DNA from: Planctomycetota bacterium
Lineage (GTDB): Bacteria; Planctomycetota; PLA2; JAEUHO01
DNA: 64,000 nt
Direction: 5' to 3'
Assembly: GCA_965223505.1 (NCBI GenBank)
Contig: CBDCWP010000030.1
Coordinates: 128,001 to 192,000, forward strand
Positions 8,916-18,620 of this stretch are shown piece by piece; positions within the stretch are counted from its first letter, which is position 1; every line of letters starts with the position of its first letter. The notes under the pieces were generated by a model. It was not told the origin of the DNA, searched no databases, and worked only from the letters and a program-made list of their open reading frames with translations. Made by a program: the position numbers and the translations under genes.

Positions 8916-9923
8916 CTACGGCGCGGGAATCGCGAAGTCGACCTCCGACGTTCCGCCTGCCGATACCGTGACCTTCTTCACGACCTCGATGTCGGGGCCG
9001 TAGTCGTAGCCGGAGATCTCCCCGGCCTTCATCTGCGGGACCTCCTGCATGCCCTCGTGCCAGCAGACGATCTCGTAGTCGCCCGGCGGCACGTCATCGA
9101 GGGTGTAGGCCCCGTCCATGTCCGTCACGAAGAAGTACGGATGCTTGATCACCATGACGTAGGCGTTCATCCACGGATGAACGTCGCACCCCATGATGTA
9201 CTTCGCCGCCTTCTTCAGATACGCGTCGCCCGTGTCCATCTCGACCGAGTTCGCCTGCGTGAAGAAGTTGAACTGCGTCGTCTGCAGCGTCTCGCGGTAG
9301 CCATGGATGTTGTGAACGACCGCGTCCGAGTTCTTCACGTTGAGCTGTGTCTTGTCGCGCACCGGCAGGATGTGCGGAACGTACATGCACTCGACCTGGT
9401 CGAGCATCGCGGAGCGCTCGCTCTTCGCCATCTCGCCGGTCCACTTCTTCCCCTCGCCGATGTCGCGCAGGAACACGAAGCAGTTCTTCACGGTCAGCTT
9501 GCCGGCGTCGAAGACCATGCGCTCCGACGGGTGCTGCTCGTGCTTGCAAGGCGCGACATCCTTCGAGACGGGCACGGGCTTGAGCGGCGTCGGCGCCTTG
9601 TCGAACTTGCAGACTCCCTTGATCGTGCCGCCGTTCGCGACCTCGATCTCCTTGTACTTGCCGCGGCTCGGCTTGCGGGACGGCCCGGGCTTCTTGGGCG
9701 ACGTGGACGGGCGAACGGGCTTCGTCGCGCCCGCAGCGGGCTTCACCGGCGCTGCGGACGCCATCCCGGGGCCGACCGAGCCGCCGCCGTACTCGGTGTT
9801 GTCGACGACGCCGTAGCGTCGAACGCCCTCGCTGTCCTCGCTGTACGAGCTGTCGTTCCCGCACGCCGTCAGCAGCACGATCGCGACCACCAGCGCAACG
9901 ATGAATAGGAGTCTGTTGTTCAT
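8916..9923 (-). CDS. Lipoprotein with cupredoxin-like and carboxypeptidase-regulatory-like domains (paralogue 1)
   Basis: Lipobox LLTAC; DQVECMYVPH, NSDAVVHNIH, GCDVHPWMNAY (His...C-x2-H-x2-M), VPPGDYEIVCWHE. Confidence 0.8.
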   Translation of the reverse strand: MNNRLLFIVALVVAIVLLTACGNDSSYSEDSEGVRRYGVVDNTEYGGGSVGPGMASAAPVKPAAGATKPVRPSTSPKKPGPSRKPSRGKYKEIEVANGGTIKGVCKFDKAPTPLKPVPVSKDVAPCKHEQHPSERMVFDAGKLTVKNCFVFLRDIGEGKKWTGEMAKSERSAMLDQVECMYVPHILPVRDKTQLNVKNSDAVVHNIHGYRETLQTTQFNFFTQANSVEMDTGDAYLKKAAKYIMGCDVHPWMNAYVMVIKHPYFFVTDMDGAYTLDDVPPGDYEIVCWHEGMQEVPQMKAGEISGYDYGPDIEVVKKVTVSAGGTSEVDFAIPAP

Positions 9924-9933
9924 AGTCCTGCTC

Positions 9934-10917
9934 TCACTTCGGCGCAGCCGGCGTCGGGATCTCGAAGCTCACCTTGGCCGTGGCGCCCGGCTTCACGTCG
10001 ACTTCGCGGTCCTCCTCGAAGTCGTCGCCGTAGTCGTATCCGCTGATCGCCCCCGCGCTGTAGAGCGCGACCTCCTGCATGCCCTCGTGCCAACACCGCA
10101 ACGTGTACGTGCCCGGTGGCACGTTCTCGATACGGAATGTCCCGTCTTTGGCCGTGACCGAGAAGTACGGGTGCGAGAAGACCCAGACGTAGGCGTTCAT
10201 CCACGGATGGATGTCGCAGCCGACGATGTACTTGTCCGGCTTCGTCAGGAAGGCGTCGCCGACGTCGGCCTCGAAGGAGTTGGGCTGCGTGAAGAAGTTC
10301 GACTGCGTCATCGCGAGCGAACCCTTGTAGACGTGGATGTTGTGCACGACGACGTCGGAGTTCCTGACGTTCACCTGCGTCTTCGCGCGCACCGAGAGGA
10401 TGTGCGGAACGTACTTGCACTCCCGCTGGTCGATGACCGCGGTGCGGTCCTTCAGCGCGAGGTCGCCGGTCCAGTCCTTGCCTTCGCTGATGTCGACGAG
10501 CGAGATGACGCAATTCGCGACGCCCAGCGTCTGCGCGTCGAACACGACACGCTCCGAAGGATGCGACGTGTGCCGGCAGCCTTCTTCGTCCTTGCTCACC
10601 GGGACGCTCCAGACCGAAGGGGCCGACGCGAAGCGCACCGTACCCTCGATCGTTCCGCCTTCCTCCACCTCGATCACGGTGTAGCGACCGCCGCGAGCCG
10701 AACCGCTCCGGCGCCGCTTCGGCGACGTCGTCGCCGCACCGTCGATGGCCGCGCTCACGTCGCCGCCGGCGCCGTGCCCCACGAGCGGGACGAGGCCGTG
10801 CGGGTCCGCCGCCGCGCCGTCCGTCTCCGCATTCAGGAAGTGCGCGACGACGAAGGCCAGCAGGAACACGCCGGCCAGCACGAGCGATTGACGATTGCGT
10901 GCGAGGAACGAGCTCAT
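9934..10917 (-). CDS. Membrane-anchored cupredoxin-like/carboxypeptidase-regulatory-like protein (paralogue 2)
   Basis: N-terminal TM; DQRECKYVPH, NSDVVVHNIH, GCDIHPWMNAY, VPPGTYTLRCWHE; collinear with 8916-9923. Confidence 0.8.
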   Translation of the reverse strand: MSSFLARNRQSLVLAGVFLLAFVVAHFLNAETDGAAADPHGLVPLVGHGAGGDVSAAIDGAATTSPKRRRSGSARGGRYTVIEVEEGGTIEGTVRFASAPSVWSVPVSKDEEGCRHTSHPSERVVFDAQTLGVANCVISLVDISEGKDWTGDLALKDRTAVIDQRECKYVPHILSVRAKTQVNVRNSDVVVHNIHVYKGSLAMTQSNFFTQPNSFEADVGDAFLTKPDKYIVGCDIHPWMNAYVWVFSHPYFSVTAKDGTFRIENVPPGTYTLRCWHEGMQEVALYSAGAISGYDYGDDFEEDREVDVKPGATAKVSFEIPTPAAPK

Positions 10918-10921
10918 GGGA

Positions 10922-13900
10922 TCACTTCGGCGTGGAAGGCGGCGTGTAGTGGTAGAGGACGTAGTCGGTCAGCGCTTCCATCTGCACGTTGGCGAGAATG
11001 GCCTCGGCCTTGGCGCGCAACGCCGGGTCGCCGGAGTTGTACATGCCCTGCCACTCGGGATCGTCACGCAGGTGGAACTCGAACACCTGGTACTGCAGGT
11101 CGCACGAGCGGCCCCCGTCGCGCTTGAGGGGGTACACGTTCGGCATCTTCGTACCGTTGATCAGGTGCTGCGGGTTGTTCAACAGCATGCGCACCCAGGC
11201 GTGACGTAGCCGCTCGGCGGAGTGACCGAACGAGGGGGCGACGCCGCCGTCGTTGGGATCCGCGCCGGGCATGCCCTTCGGCAGGTGGCACTTGTTGCAG
11301 TTGATGACGTTGAAGAGCGTTCGCGCCTCTTCTACGGCGTTCGACACGACCCCGTGGACGTCGCCGACGTTCTTGCGGCACTCGAGCTTGACCGGCTGGT
11401 CGTACTCGACGCCCTCGAGACGGCTGCCCGGCTGCGGGATGACCATGCGCTGATCGCTTCCGGCCAGCCGCAGGAAGTAGTTCGCGAGCGCGATGGCCTC
11501 GTCGTCGTTCAGCCCGAACTTGGGCATGTGCACCTCGACGATGGGCCGCAGCGGGATCGGATGCTGCAGGAACCGCACGAGCCACTCCGACCGCGTTCGC
11601 CATCCCTGCGCGAAGAGGTTCGGCGGCAGCGTCGCCGGGTCCATGCCCTGCTCGACACGCTTGCCCCATAGGTAGCCCTGCTTGCCCTCGATCGTGTGGC
11701 AGTTGTTGCAACCGTAGCGTTTCACCACCTTGCGTCCGGCGATGATGTCGCGCTCGTAGTCGCCGGGCTGGTAGATCGCCCCCGGCTTGATCGGCTCTTC
11801 GACCAGCCCGAGCACGACGCCCGTCACGGCGCCACGGGTCGAGATCGCCTTCGTCTCGTTGCCGTCCGCGTCCGAGATCCAAAGATCGTCGTCCATGCGC
11901 AGGTTGAAACGCGGCATCCGCAGCTTGTCGACCCAGCGCAGCTGCTTGCCGTAGTCCCACACCCGCGGGTAGGTGATCTTCGTGCGGAAGAAGTCGTAGC
12001 GCGTGTGCGGCGCGAGCGGCACTGTCTTCTTGCGCGTCGTCTTGTTGCCGTCGGCGTCACGTTCGGCGACGTCGATGACGGCGTACTTCGGCACGCGCCC
12101 GAAGTCGAGCTGGTGGATGTCCTTGATGCCTTCCTTCGTGAGCTCGGTGCCGATGGGCATCTCGTGCTCGCGGCCGGCGACCTCGTGGCATCCGAAGCAG
12201 CCCTTCCGCGCCATCAGCCGTTCGCCGATGATCGCGAGGACCGTCTCGAGACGGTTCGGATCGCTCAGGTCGCCGATCTCGCCCTCGACCACGCCTGGCC
12301 GCTTCGACCGGCCGGATGCGTCCTTCGAGAAGAACTCCTCCCACATCTCGCGCACGATCTTTTCGTACGACTTCTTGAACGGCGACGTCGGGATCTCGTC
12401 GAACTCCGCGTCCTCGAACGAGATCAGGTAGTCGATGATGTCGGCGCGCTGTTGCTCGGCCGAGTACACGACGTTGCCGTCGAGGTCCTTGTCGTCCTCG
12501 ATGCGCATGTTGGGCATGCGCGTGTGCGCCGTGTAGTGACGCGGGTCGGCCAGCCACGCGTTGAGCCAGCGGCGGTCCTTGAGCTTGCTTCCGAGGGACG
12601 TCAGCCGCGGCCCACGGTGGATCGGCGGCTCGTGGTCGAAGCGGGCGGAGCCGTCCTCTTCGTAGACGGCGTTGCCCTCCGCGTCGTAGCCCGTGCGGAA
12701 CTCGGGCACGATGTGACAGGCGACGCAGCCCAGCCGGTTGACCAGATCACGCCCCTTGTCGGGGTCGCCCTTCGGCGGATCGATCGTGTAGAGCGGGTCG
12801 TAGCCGGGATCGGTCGGGTCGGAGCGCGAGCGCAGCCGGCCGGACGGCGCGCGTTGATTCAGCAGGTACGCGACGAGCGCGCGGATCTCGATGTCCGTCA
12901 GCGCCTCGTCGTGCGGCGTCGAGATGACGCCCAGCGCCTGGCTGAAGCGGCCGTCGCCGTAGAAGCTGTCCAGCAGGTGGGCGTCCTTGACCGGCAACGT
13001 GACGCGCTTGCCGTCCTTGTCGAGCGGGAAGTAGTTCCACTCGTGGTCCTTCAACGTGAACTCGTAGAAGGACGGCATCGGCGTGTCGACCCGGTACATG
13101 TCCGGATGCCGGATCCACTTGTCGATGAACGCGCGCGTCATCTTGTCGCGCACGTACGTCAGCGTGGGACCGACGCGCGGCGGCTGCTCGTAGCCGACCT
13201 GCTCGCCGAAGTCCTTGATCTTGTGGCAGCCGATGCAGCCGTACGACGTCATCGTGTCGTAGCCGCGCTCGAACGATGCCGCGCGCCAGCCATAGGTGGG
13301 AACGAACGCGTCGCGGTAGCGCCCGCCGTCCTCCTGCGCGCCCATGTGCTCCTTGAGCCAGAGACGTGTCTCGGCTGCGACCTTCTCGGGGTTGCCGTCC
13401 ACCGGCGGCGGCGCGGTCGGCAGCGCGTAGTCGCCGAACACCTCGAGCGGCGTGAGCTTGCGATCCTCGGGGCCCAGGTAGCGCTCGTCGTCGGGCGAAA
13501 AGAGACGCTGCGCGACGGTGCCGGCGGGATCGTCGTCGACGAAGCCGTGATCGAGGCTCTCGTCGTAATGCGGCGGATAGAACAGGCCCGCCTTGTGGCA
13601 CTTGAAGCACATGCCCTGGGTGTATTCCAGCGGCAACATCGGGTAGTCGATGTACTTCGCCTTGTACCAGCCGTGCGCCTCCTCCCAGTGCGCCTTCTGT
13701 TCGGCGGAGATCGGCGTGTGCGCGACGCGCGCGAAGTGCACGGCCCAGCCCACGCCGTGATGGCACACCGTGCAGCCGAACCGCTCGGTCGGGTGCGGGC
13801 TGCTGGTGCCGGCGATCAACGACGCGTGCGAGTGCTCGCGCATGTACGCGGGCACGTCGATCTCGTTCTCACCCGCTTCACGGCGGCGCGCGTTCAGCGC

Positions 13901-14818
13901 GTCGACGGCGTCGTCACTGAAGTCGGGAATGTCGATGCCGAGATGGCAGGTCATGCACCGGTCCACCTTCACGTTCGTCGCGAAGTTCCAGTTGTCGTGG
14001 ATGTCGTTGAGCACGACCTGGCGGATCTTGATCGTCGGCGAGATGAAGTCGATGAAGGGCGCGTTGCGCCACTGGTTGCGCTGGTACTGCTGCTTGACGC
14101 CCTCGACCTTCGTCTGCTGCTTCGTGTACTCCTCTTTGGCCAGCTCGATCGCCTTGTCGGCCTCGACGAGCGGGCGCTCCATCGCCCTGATCTTGTCGTT
14201 GAGATCCTGGTAGTCCACGACGAGGTCCTTGTACTCGATCTCCGCCATGTACCAGTCGTGCGCGAGGCGGTTCAGCTCGTCCTTGCGGGCCTCCATCTCC
14301 TCCTTCGCGCTCTCGAGATCGCCCTGGGTGTACAGATCGCTCTGATCCTCCAGCGCTTCGGCGATCTCCTTGACGCGCAGCCGCGCCATCACGAACTCGT
14401 AGTTGGCGGGCGCGTGCAGGCCCTTGATCCCCTTGAACGTCCGGTCCGCAGCGATGCGGTCCTTCTTCAGCGCATGCAGCTCTTCCTTGAGCCGGTCGAT
14501 CTCCGCCTGGTCGTAGGGGATGTCCGGGTGCTTGCCCGCGGCGATCGCATTGCGTGTCTTGCCGAGCGCCGTGATCTCGTCGTCCGGGAGCTCGCGCTTC
14601 AGGTGCGTGAGTCGCGCCTCCTCCATCTCGACCATCTTGTCGTAGAAGTCGGCCTGGTAGTCCTTCCACGGCCGGTCGTAGTCCTTCCAGAGCATCCACA
14701 CCCACGAGATGACGAGGAAGACGCTGGTGACAGCCATCCAGAAGCTGAGCTTCCCGGGCTTGTACAGCGACTCCTTGTCGCGGTTCTTGCGAGAGGCAGG
14801 CTTGGTTTGCGCAGGCAT
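10922..14818 (-). CDS. Large membrane-anchored octaheme cytochrome c of the Rieske/cyt b complex (~1298 aa)
   Basis: Eight CxxCH (CMTCH, CTVCH, CFKCH, CIGCH, CVACH, CFGCH, CNNCH, CNKCH), N-terminal TM and coiled coil; ATG 14818 preceded by GGGAG. Confidence 0.88.
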   Translation of the reverse strand: MPAQTKPASRKNRDKESLYKPGKLSFWMAVTSVFLVISWVWMLWKDYDRPWKDYQADFYDKMVEMEEARLTHLKRELPDDEITALGKTRNAIAAGKHPDIPYDQAEIDRLKEELHALKKDRIAADRTFKGIKGLHAPANYEFVMARLRVKEIAEALEDQSDLYTQGDLESAKEEMEARKDELNRLAHDWYMAEIEYKDLVVDYQDLNDKIRAMERPLVEADKAIELAKEEYTKQQTKVEGVKQQYQRNQWRNAPFIDFISPTIKIRQVVLNDIHDNWNFATNVKVDRCMTCHLGIDIPDFSDDAVDALNARRREAGENEIDVPAYMREHSHASLIAGTSSPHPTERFGCTVCHHGVGWAVHFARVAHTPISAEQKAHWEEAHGWYKAKYIDYPMLPLEYTQGMCFKCHKAGLFYPPHYDESLDHGFVDDDPAGTVAQRLFSPDDERYLGPEDRKLTPLEVFGDYALPTAPPPVDGNPEKVAAETRLWLKEHMGAQEDGGRYRDAFVPTYGWRAASFERGYDTMTSYGCIGCHKIKDFGEQVGYEQPPRVGPTLTYVRDKMTRAFIDKWIRHPDMYRVDTPMPSFYEFTLKDHEWNYFPLDKDGKRVTLPVKDAHLLDSFYGDGRFSQALGVISTPHDEALTDIEIRALVAYLLNQRAPSGRLRSRSDPTDPGYDPLYTIDPPKGDPDKGRDLVNRLGCVACHIVPEFRTGYDAEGNAVYEEDGSARFDHEPPIHRGPRLTSLGSKLKDRRWLNAWLADPRHYTAHTRMPNMRIEDDKDLDGNVVYSAEQQRADIIDYLISFEDAEFDEIPTSPFKKSYEKIVREMWEEFFSKDASGRSKRPGVVEGEIGDLSDPNRLETVLAIIGERLMARKGCFGCHEVAGREHEMPIGTELTKEGIKDIHQLDFGRVPKYAVIDVAERDADGNKTTRKKTVPLAPHTRYDFFRTKITYPRVWDYGKQLRWVDKLRMPRFNLRMDDDLWISDADGNETKAISTRGAVTGVVLGLVEEPIKPGAIYQPGDYERDIIAGRKVVKRYGCNNCHTIEGKQGYLWGKRVEQGMDPATLPPNLFAQGWRTRSEWLVRFLQHPIPLRPIVEVHMPKFGLNDDEAIALANYFLRLAGSDQRMVIPQPGSRLEGVEYDQPVKLECRKNVGDVHGVVSNAVEEARTLFNVINCNKCHLPKGMPGADPNDGGVAPSFGHSAERLRHAWVRMLLNNPQHLINGTKMPNVYPLKRDGGRSCDLQYQVFEFHLRDDPEWQGMYNSGDPALRAKAEAILANVQMEALTDYVLYHYTPPSTPK

Positions 14819-14832
14819 GCGTCTCCCTTCCG

Positions 14833-15939
14833 CTAGATGTTCATGTCGATGCCTGGGATATCCAGGTTGACGATGTACTTCAGGTTGAACAGCCAACGCA
14901 GGATCATCTTGATCGGCACGGCGGCCATGATGAGACCGAGATTGATGACGATGCCGAAGCGGATCGCGCCGAGCTCGCGGAACAGCTTGCGCCCCACGGT
15001 CTTCGCGATGAACAACGGCAGGACCGTCAGATAGAGCACGACGAGCACGAGTCCCGGCGCCTCACGCAGCAGCACGCTGTCGGGCTCGTGGCCGCCGAGC
15101 ATGTTGATGTAGAAGATTTCCGAGACGTCGATGTTCTGGAGTGGCTCGACCTTGTTGACGTCCCAATACTCGTAGACGCCGAAGAAGTTCCATCCGGGCC
15201 CGCGCAGGAACGTCCCCAGGAACACCTGCAGCACCCACAGGATGAGGAAGCCGAACAGGAACACGAAGATGGCGCCCTTGCGCTCGTGCAGCGTGTAGTA
15301 GCCGTTGCCCTTCGGGTTGCGATCCACGTACGGGATGATGATGAGGCCGATGACAATCGTGCCGGGAAGCAGCACGCCCGCCAACCAGGGGTCGAAGTAG
15401 ACCAGCATCTCCTGCAGGCCGAGGAAGTACCACGGCGCCTTCGACGGGTTGGGCGTGCGCGCGATGTTCGCCGGTTCCTCGATCGGCGCCGCCACGATGA
15501 TCGACCAGAAAATCAGGATCGTGGTGCATACGACCATGCAGATCATCTCGGTGTAGACGAGGTCGGGCCACACCAGCACCTTGCGACTCTTCTCGGCGGC
15601 CTCGAGCGGCGGCTTGCCCTCGCGAATGCGCTCGTCGTTGATGCTGGCCTTGCGCAGCGATAGCCAATACGTGACGTACAGCAGCGCGAGGATGATCACG
15701 ATCGGGATGTTGTCCGCCTTCGTGATGCTCTCGCGGAACTGCCAGTGGCTCACCCCGGGCCAGTCCATGCAGCTGTACACCAACAGGAGCGTCATGAACC
15801 CGCCGATGCCGAGCGCGACCTTCGGCCGCGTCCAGACGTGGGCGTACTTCATGCTCAGGATGAGCAGCACCACCGAGATCGGGAACAGGATCGCCGGATT
15901 GGTGAGGTAGTTGAACGCGGCGTCAATGGTCTGGAACAC
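14833..15939 (-). CDS. Cytochrome b C-terminal half (subunit IV/PetD-like) with extra TM helices
   Basis: VWPDLV...APIEEPAN..RTPNPSKAPWYFLGLQE (PEWY-equivalent region), IPYVDRNP. Confidence 0.85.
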   Translation of the reverse strand: MFQTIDAAFNYLTNPAILFPISVVLLILSMKYAHVWTRPKVALGIGGFMTLLLVYSCMDWPGVSHWQFRESITKADNIPIVIILALLYVTYWLSLRKASINDERIREGKPPLEAAEKSRKVLVWPDLVYTEMICMVVCTTILIFWSIIVAAPIEEPANIARTPNPSKAPWYFLGLQEMLVYFDPWLAGVLLPGTIVIGLIIIPYVDRNPKGNGYYTLHERKGAIFVFLFGFLILWVLQVFLGTFLRGPGWNFFGVYEYWDVNKVEPLQNIDVSEIFYINMLGGHEPDSVLLREAPGLVLVVLYLTVLPLFIAKTVGRKLFRELGAIRFGIVINLGLIMAAVPIKMILRWLFNLKYIVNLDIPGIDMNI

Positions 15940-15962
15940 CCTTGCTTCCTCCGTTCAACCGA

Positions 15963-16739
15963 TCAAAGCGGCCCACTGATGCCGCCGTCCTTCCGCACGC
16001 GCCAGAAGTGAACCGCCATGAGCACCATGGCGATCACCGGAACGGCGATGCAGTGAAGGACGTAGAACCGCAACAGCGTTCCTTCGCCGACGAACCGTCC
16101 GGCGAGCAGCGCGTATCTGATGTCGCTGCCCGACGTGACGAACTCGATGTCCTCGAACTTGAGCAACCCGGCGCCCGGGCCTTCGTGGCCGATGACCGGG
16201 TGGGCGCGCGCCATGTTGGTGCCGACCGTGACCGCCCAGATCGCGAGCTGGTCCCACGGCAGCAGATAGCCCGTGAACGAGAGCAGGAGCGTGAGAACCA
16301 ACAGCACCACGCCGATGGCCCAGTTGAACTCGCGCGGCGGCTTGTACGACCCCGTCATGAAGACGCGGAACATGTGCAGCCACACCGTGATGACCATCAA
16401 GTGCGCGGCCCAGCGGTGGATCTCGCGCATGATCCCGAGCGGCACGTCTTCGCGCAGCGCCATGATGTCCGTGTAAGCGCTGGCCGCGACCGGCCGGTAG
16501 TAGAACATCAACAAGATGCCGGTCACGGTCTCCACGAGGAACAGGAAGAACGTCAATCCGCCCATGCACCAGGTGAAGGAGAGGCGGATGCCGGACGAAC
16601 GGGCACGCACCGGATGCAGGTGCAGGAACACGTTCGCGAGCATGACCATCGCGCGGTTTCGGGCGGTGGTGGGCGGTCCGTGCCGGAAGATGCTCTTCCA
16701 GAACTGCGAGCCGCGGATGTAGTCAGCGACCTTCTTCAT
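15963..16739 (-). CDS. petB: Cytochrome b6 (split cytochrome b, N-terminal half)
   Basis: WCMGGLT, REIHRWAAHLMVITVWLHMFRVF, TGYLLPWDQ, RFYVLH...VHFWRVRKDGGISGPL. Confidence 0.92.
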   Translation of the reverse strand: MKKVADYIRGSQFWKSIFRHGPPTTARNRAMVMLANVFLHLHPVRARSSGIRLSFTWCMGGLTFFLFLVETVTGILLMFYYRPVAASAYTDIMALREDVPLGIMREIHRWAAHLMVITVWLHMFRVFMTGSYKPPREFNWAIGVVLLVLTLLLSFTGYLLPWDQLAIWAVTVGTNMARAHPVIGHEGPGAGLLKFEDIEFVTSGSDIRYALLAGRFVGEGTLLRFYVLHCIAVPVIAMVLMAVHFWRVRKDGGISGPL

Positions 16740-16772
16740 GCCCTCCCTCTCGGCCCCTCGGACCTGCGGCGC

Positions 16773-17393
16773 CTATGCCATGTCGATGTAGAACTGATCT
16801 GCTTCGCAGGTCTCCAGCTCGACGCGGCACTTGGAGTTCTTGTCGACGACGACGTTGCCCGTGATGGCGTCCTCGTAGACCCGATAGCGCTCGAGCGGAC
16901 GCGGAGTCGGTCCCTCGAAATTGACGCCGTTGATGTAGTAGCCCGACCCATGGCAGGGACACTTGAACTTCTGCTCACCGTTCAACCAGTTCGGCGTGCA
17001 ACCCAGATGCGTGCAAACGGTGGAGATCGCGACGAGCCGGCCCTCGGTGTGCACCATCCACACGCCGTTGCTCTCCTTGTAGGTCTCGTCGACGGTCTCG
17101 GCGCCGAACGTGGACTTCGGCTTGGTCTGGAAGACCTGCGGGGGCTCGAAGTTGACGTTCGGGAACAGGAAGCGCACGCAAGCCAGCGTGCCGATGCCGC
17201 CGGCCGTCGCGAACGCGCCCCAGCCGATGAACGCGGAACCGAACAGACCGCGGCGTGTCACGGTGACCGGCGGACGTCCGTCCGTCACGACCAGGCGCTT
17301 GACCTTGTCGGCGGACGACTGCGCCTCGCCTTCCACCGGGAAGTCGTACGGCCACGGGCTCGGCCAGTGTTGAACCTTCGTCTTTTCGGCCAT
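16773..17393 (-). CDS. petC: Rieske [2Fe-2S] subunit of quinol:cytochrome c oxidoreductase
   Basis: CTHLGC and CPCHGS boxes, GPTPRPL, Tat-like TRRGLF followed by a TM helix. Confidence 0.92.
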   Translation of the reverse strand: MAEKTKVQHWPSPWPYDFPVEGEAQSSADKVKRLVVTDGRPPVTVTRRGLFGSAFIGWGAFATAGGIGTLACVRFLFPNVNFEPPQVFQTKPKSTFGAETVDETYKESNGVWMVHTEGRLVAISTVCTHLGCTPNWLNGEQKFKCPCHGSGYYINGVNFEGPTPRPLERYRVYEDAITGNVVVDKNSKCRVELETCEADQFYIDMA

Positions 17394-18466
17394 CAGTCGG
17401 TACTCCAGCGGGCCAGCGCCTCGCGCGCGATCTGGCGCACGTTGCCGTCCTGCTCGGTCTCGGTGCTCGAGAGTCGTGTCACGAGCACTTTCAGTTCGTC
17501 GTCTCCGAGATACGCAGCGCCCCGGATCGCGTTGCGCAGCGCTTGCGCGTGCAGATCCGGCGGGATGCCCATCTCCTGCAAGTCCTTGCGTGTGAGCGAG
17601 CGGCGCAGGAGCGGAACGCCGGCCGGATCGCCGCGAACGGCGAGCGCATAGGCGGCATTGACGCGCACCCCGGCCATCGGATCCTCCAACCCCTTGCGCA
17701 GCACGGGCATCACCTGCGGTCCGTCCGCCGCCTTGCCGCCGTGTTTCGGCAGCCCGAGGAGCGCGAGCGCGTTGTACGCGATGTCACGGACCTGCTCGTC
17801 GTCGTCGCCGGCGGCGCGCACGAGCGCACCCTCCGCAGCGCGGTCTTCCATGAACAAGAGACCGACGGCGGCCTCGCGCCGCACGGCCGCGTCGAAGGGC
17901 TCCTTGCCGTCGCCGGGATGCAGCACGCTCGACAGCAGCGCCACGGCGGCGGGGTCCTGCGTTCGGCCGAGCGCGCGCGCCAACGCGCCGCGACGCTCGT
18001 TCGTGCCGTCCGCGCCGAGCGACACGCGGAACGCCTCGTGCAGCTTCTTGCGGAACATCGGGTCCGCGTAGAACGGCGGCTCGTCCTCGTCTTCCCCGCG
18101 CTCGACGCGCCTGCGCTCGCGCGAGATCTCGATCGCGAGCTGCTGCGCCGCCTGCTGCTGCTCGTTGTCGCCGCCGGTCAGGACCTTGTCCAGGAGCTCG
18201 GCGGGCGTCGCTGCGGAGCCCGACACGGCGCCGAAGAGGACGAAGACACCGACGGCCGCGGCGACGATCAGGACCGGGAAGAGGAAGAACTGCCAGAGCA
18301 GGATCGTGCTCTTGTCGGCCCTGCGCTTCGGCTCTTCTTTCTGGAAAATGGGGTCAGCCGCGTCCCCGCCGGATCCCTGGGGATCGGCCCCAGCTGAACC
18401 GGGGGGGCGTCGTGCGTCGGACAAGGCGTCTCGCGTGGACTTCGAGGGGACACGGCGCGGCGGCAA
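17393..18466 (-). CDS. Membrane-anchored HEAT-repeat protein, first gene of the respiratory cluster (start uncertain)
   Basis: TM WQFFLFPVLIV; repeated D....VR..AA.AL units; stop overlaps the Rieske ATG (TGATG). Confidence 0.8.
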   Translation of the reverse strand: MPPRRVPSKSTRDALSDARRPPGSAGADPQGSGGDAADPIFQKEEPKRRADKSTILLWQFFLFPVLIVAAAVGVFVLFGAVSGSAATPAELLDKVLTGGDNEQQQAAQQLAIEISRERRRVERGEDEDEPPFYADPMFRKKLHEAFRVSLGADGTNERRGALARALGRTQDPAAVALLSSVLHPGDGKEPFDAAVRREAAVGLLFMEDRAAEGALVRAAGDDDEQVRDIAYNALALLGLPKHGGKAADGPQVMPVLRKGLEDPMAGVRVNAAYALAVRGDPAGVPLLRRSLTRKDLQEMGIPPDLHAQALRNAIRGAAYLGDDELKVLVTRLSSTETEQDGNVRQIAREALARWSTD

Positions 18467-18620
18467 GGATGGTGCTCAAAGCCGCTTCGCTAGGGGAGAA
18501 GGATAGGAATCGCCCCCCTTCTCCCCAACCCAAATCGCGGGGATTTCAGCAGCCGCCGGGCCGGTTCGGGGAAGGGTCCGCAGGCGCGACGCGAAGATCG
18601 GGAGCGGCGGATGCGCCGCG

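Noticed and set aside
11696..14836. 1046-aa plus-strand ORF and other long antisense or alternate-frame ORFs (e.g. 20640-23825, 6165-8339, 37755-40226)
   Set aside because: These are shadow ORFs of high-GC genes: Arg/Ala-rich, motif-free and fully overlapping well-supported genes.
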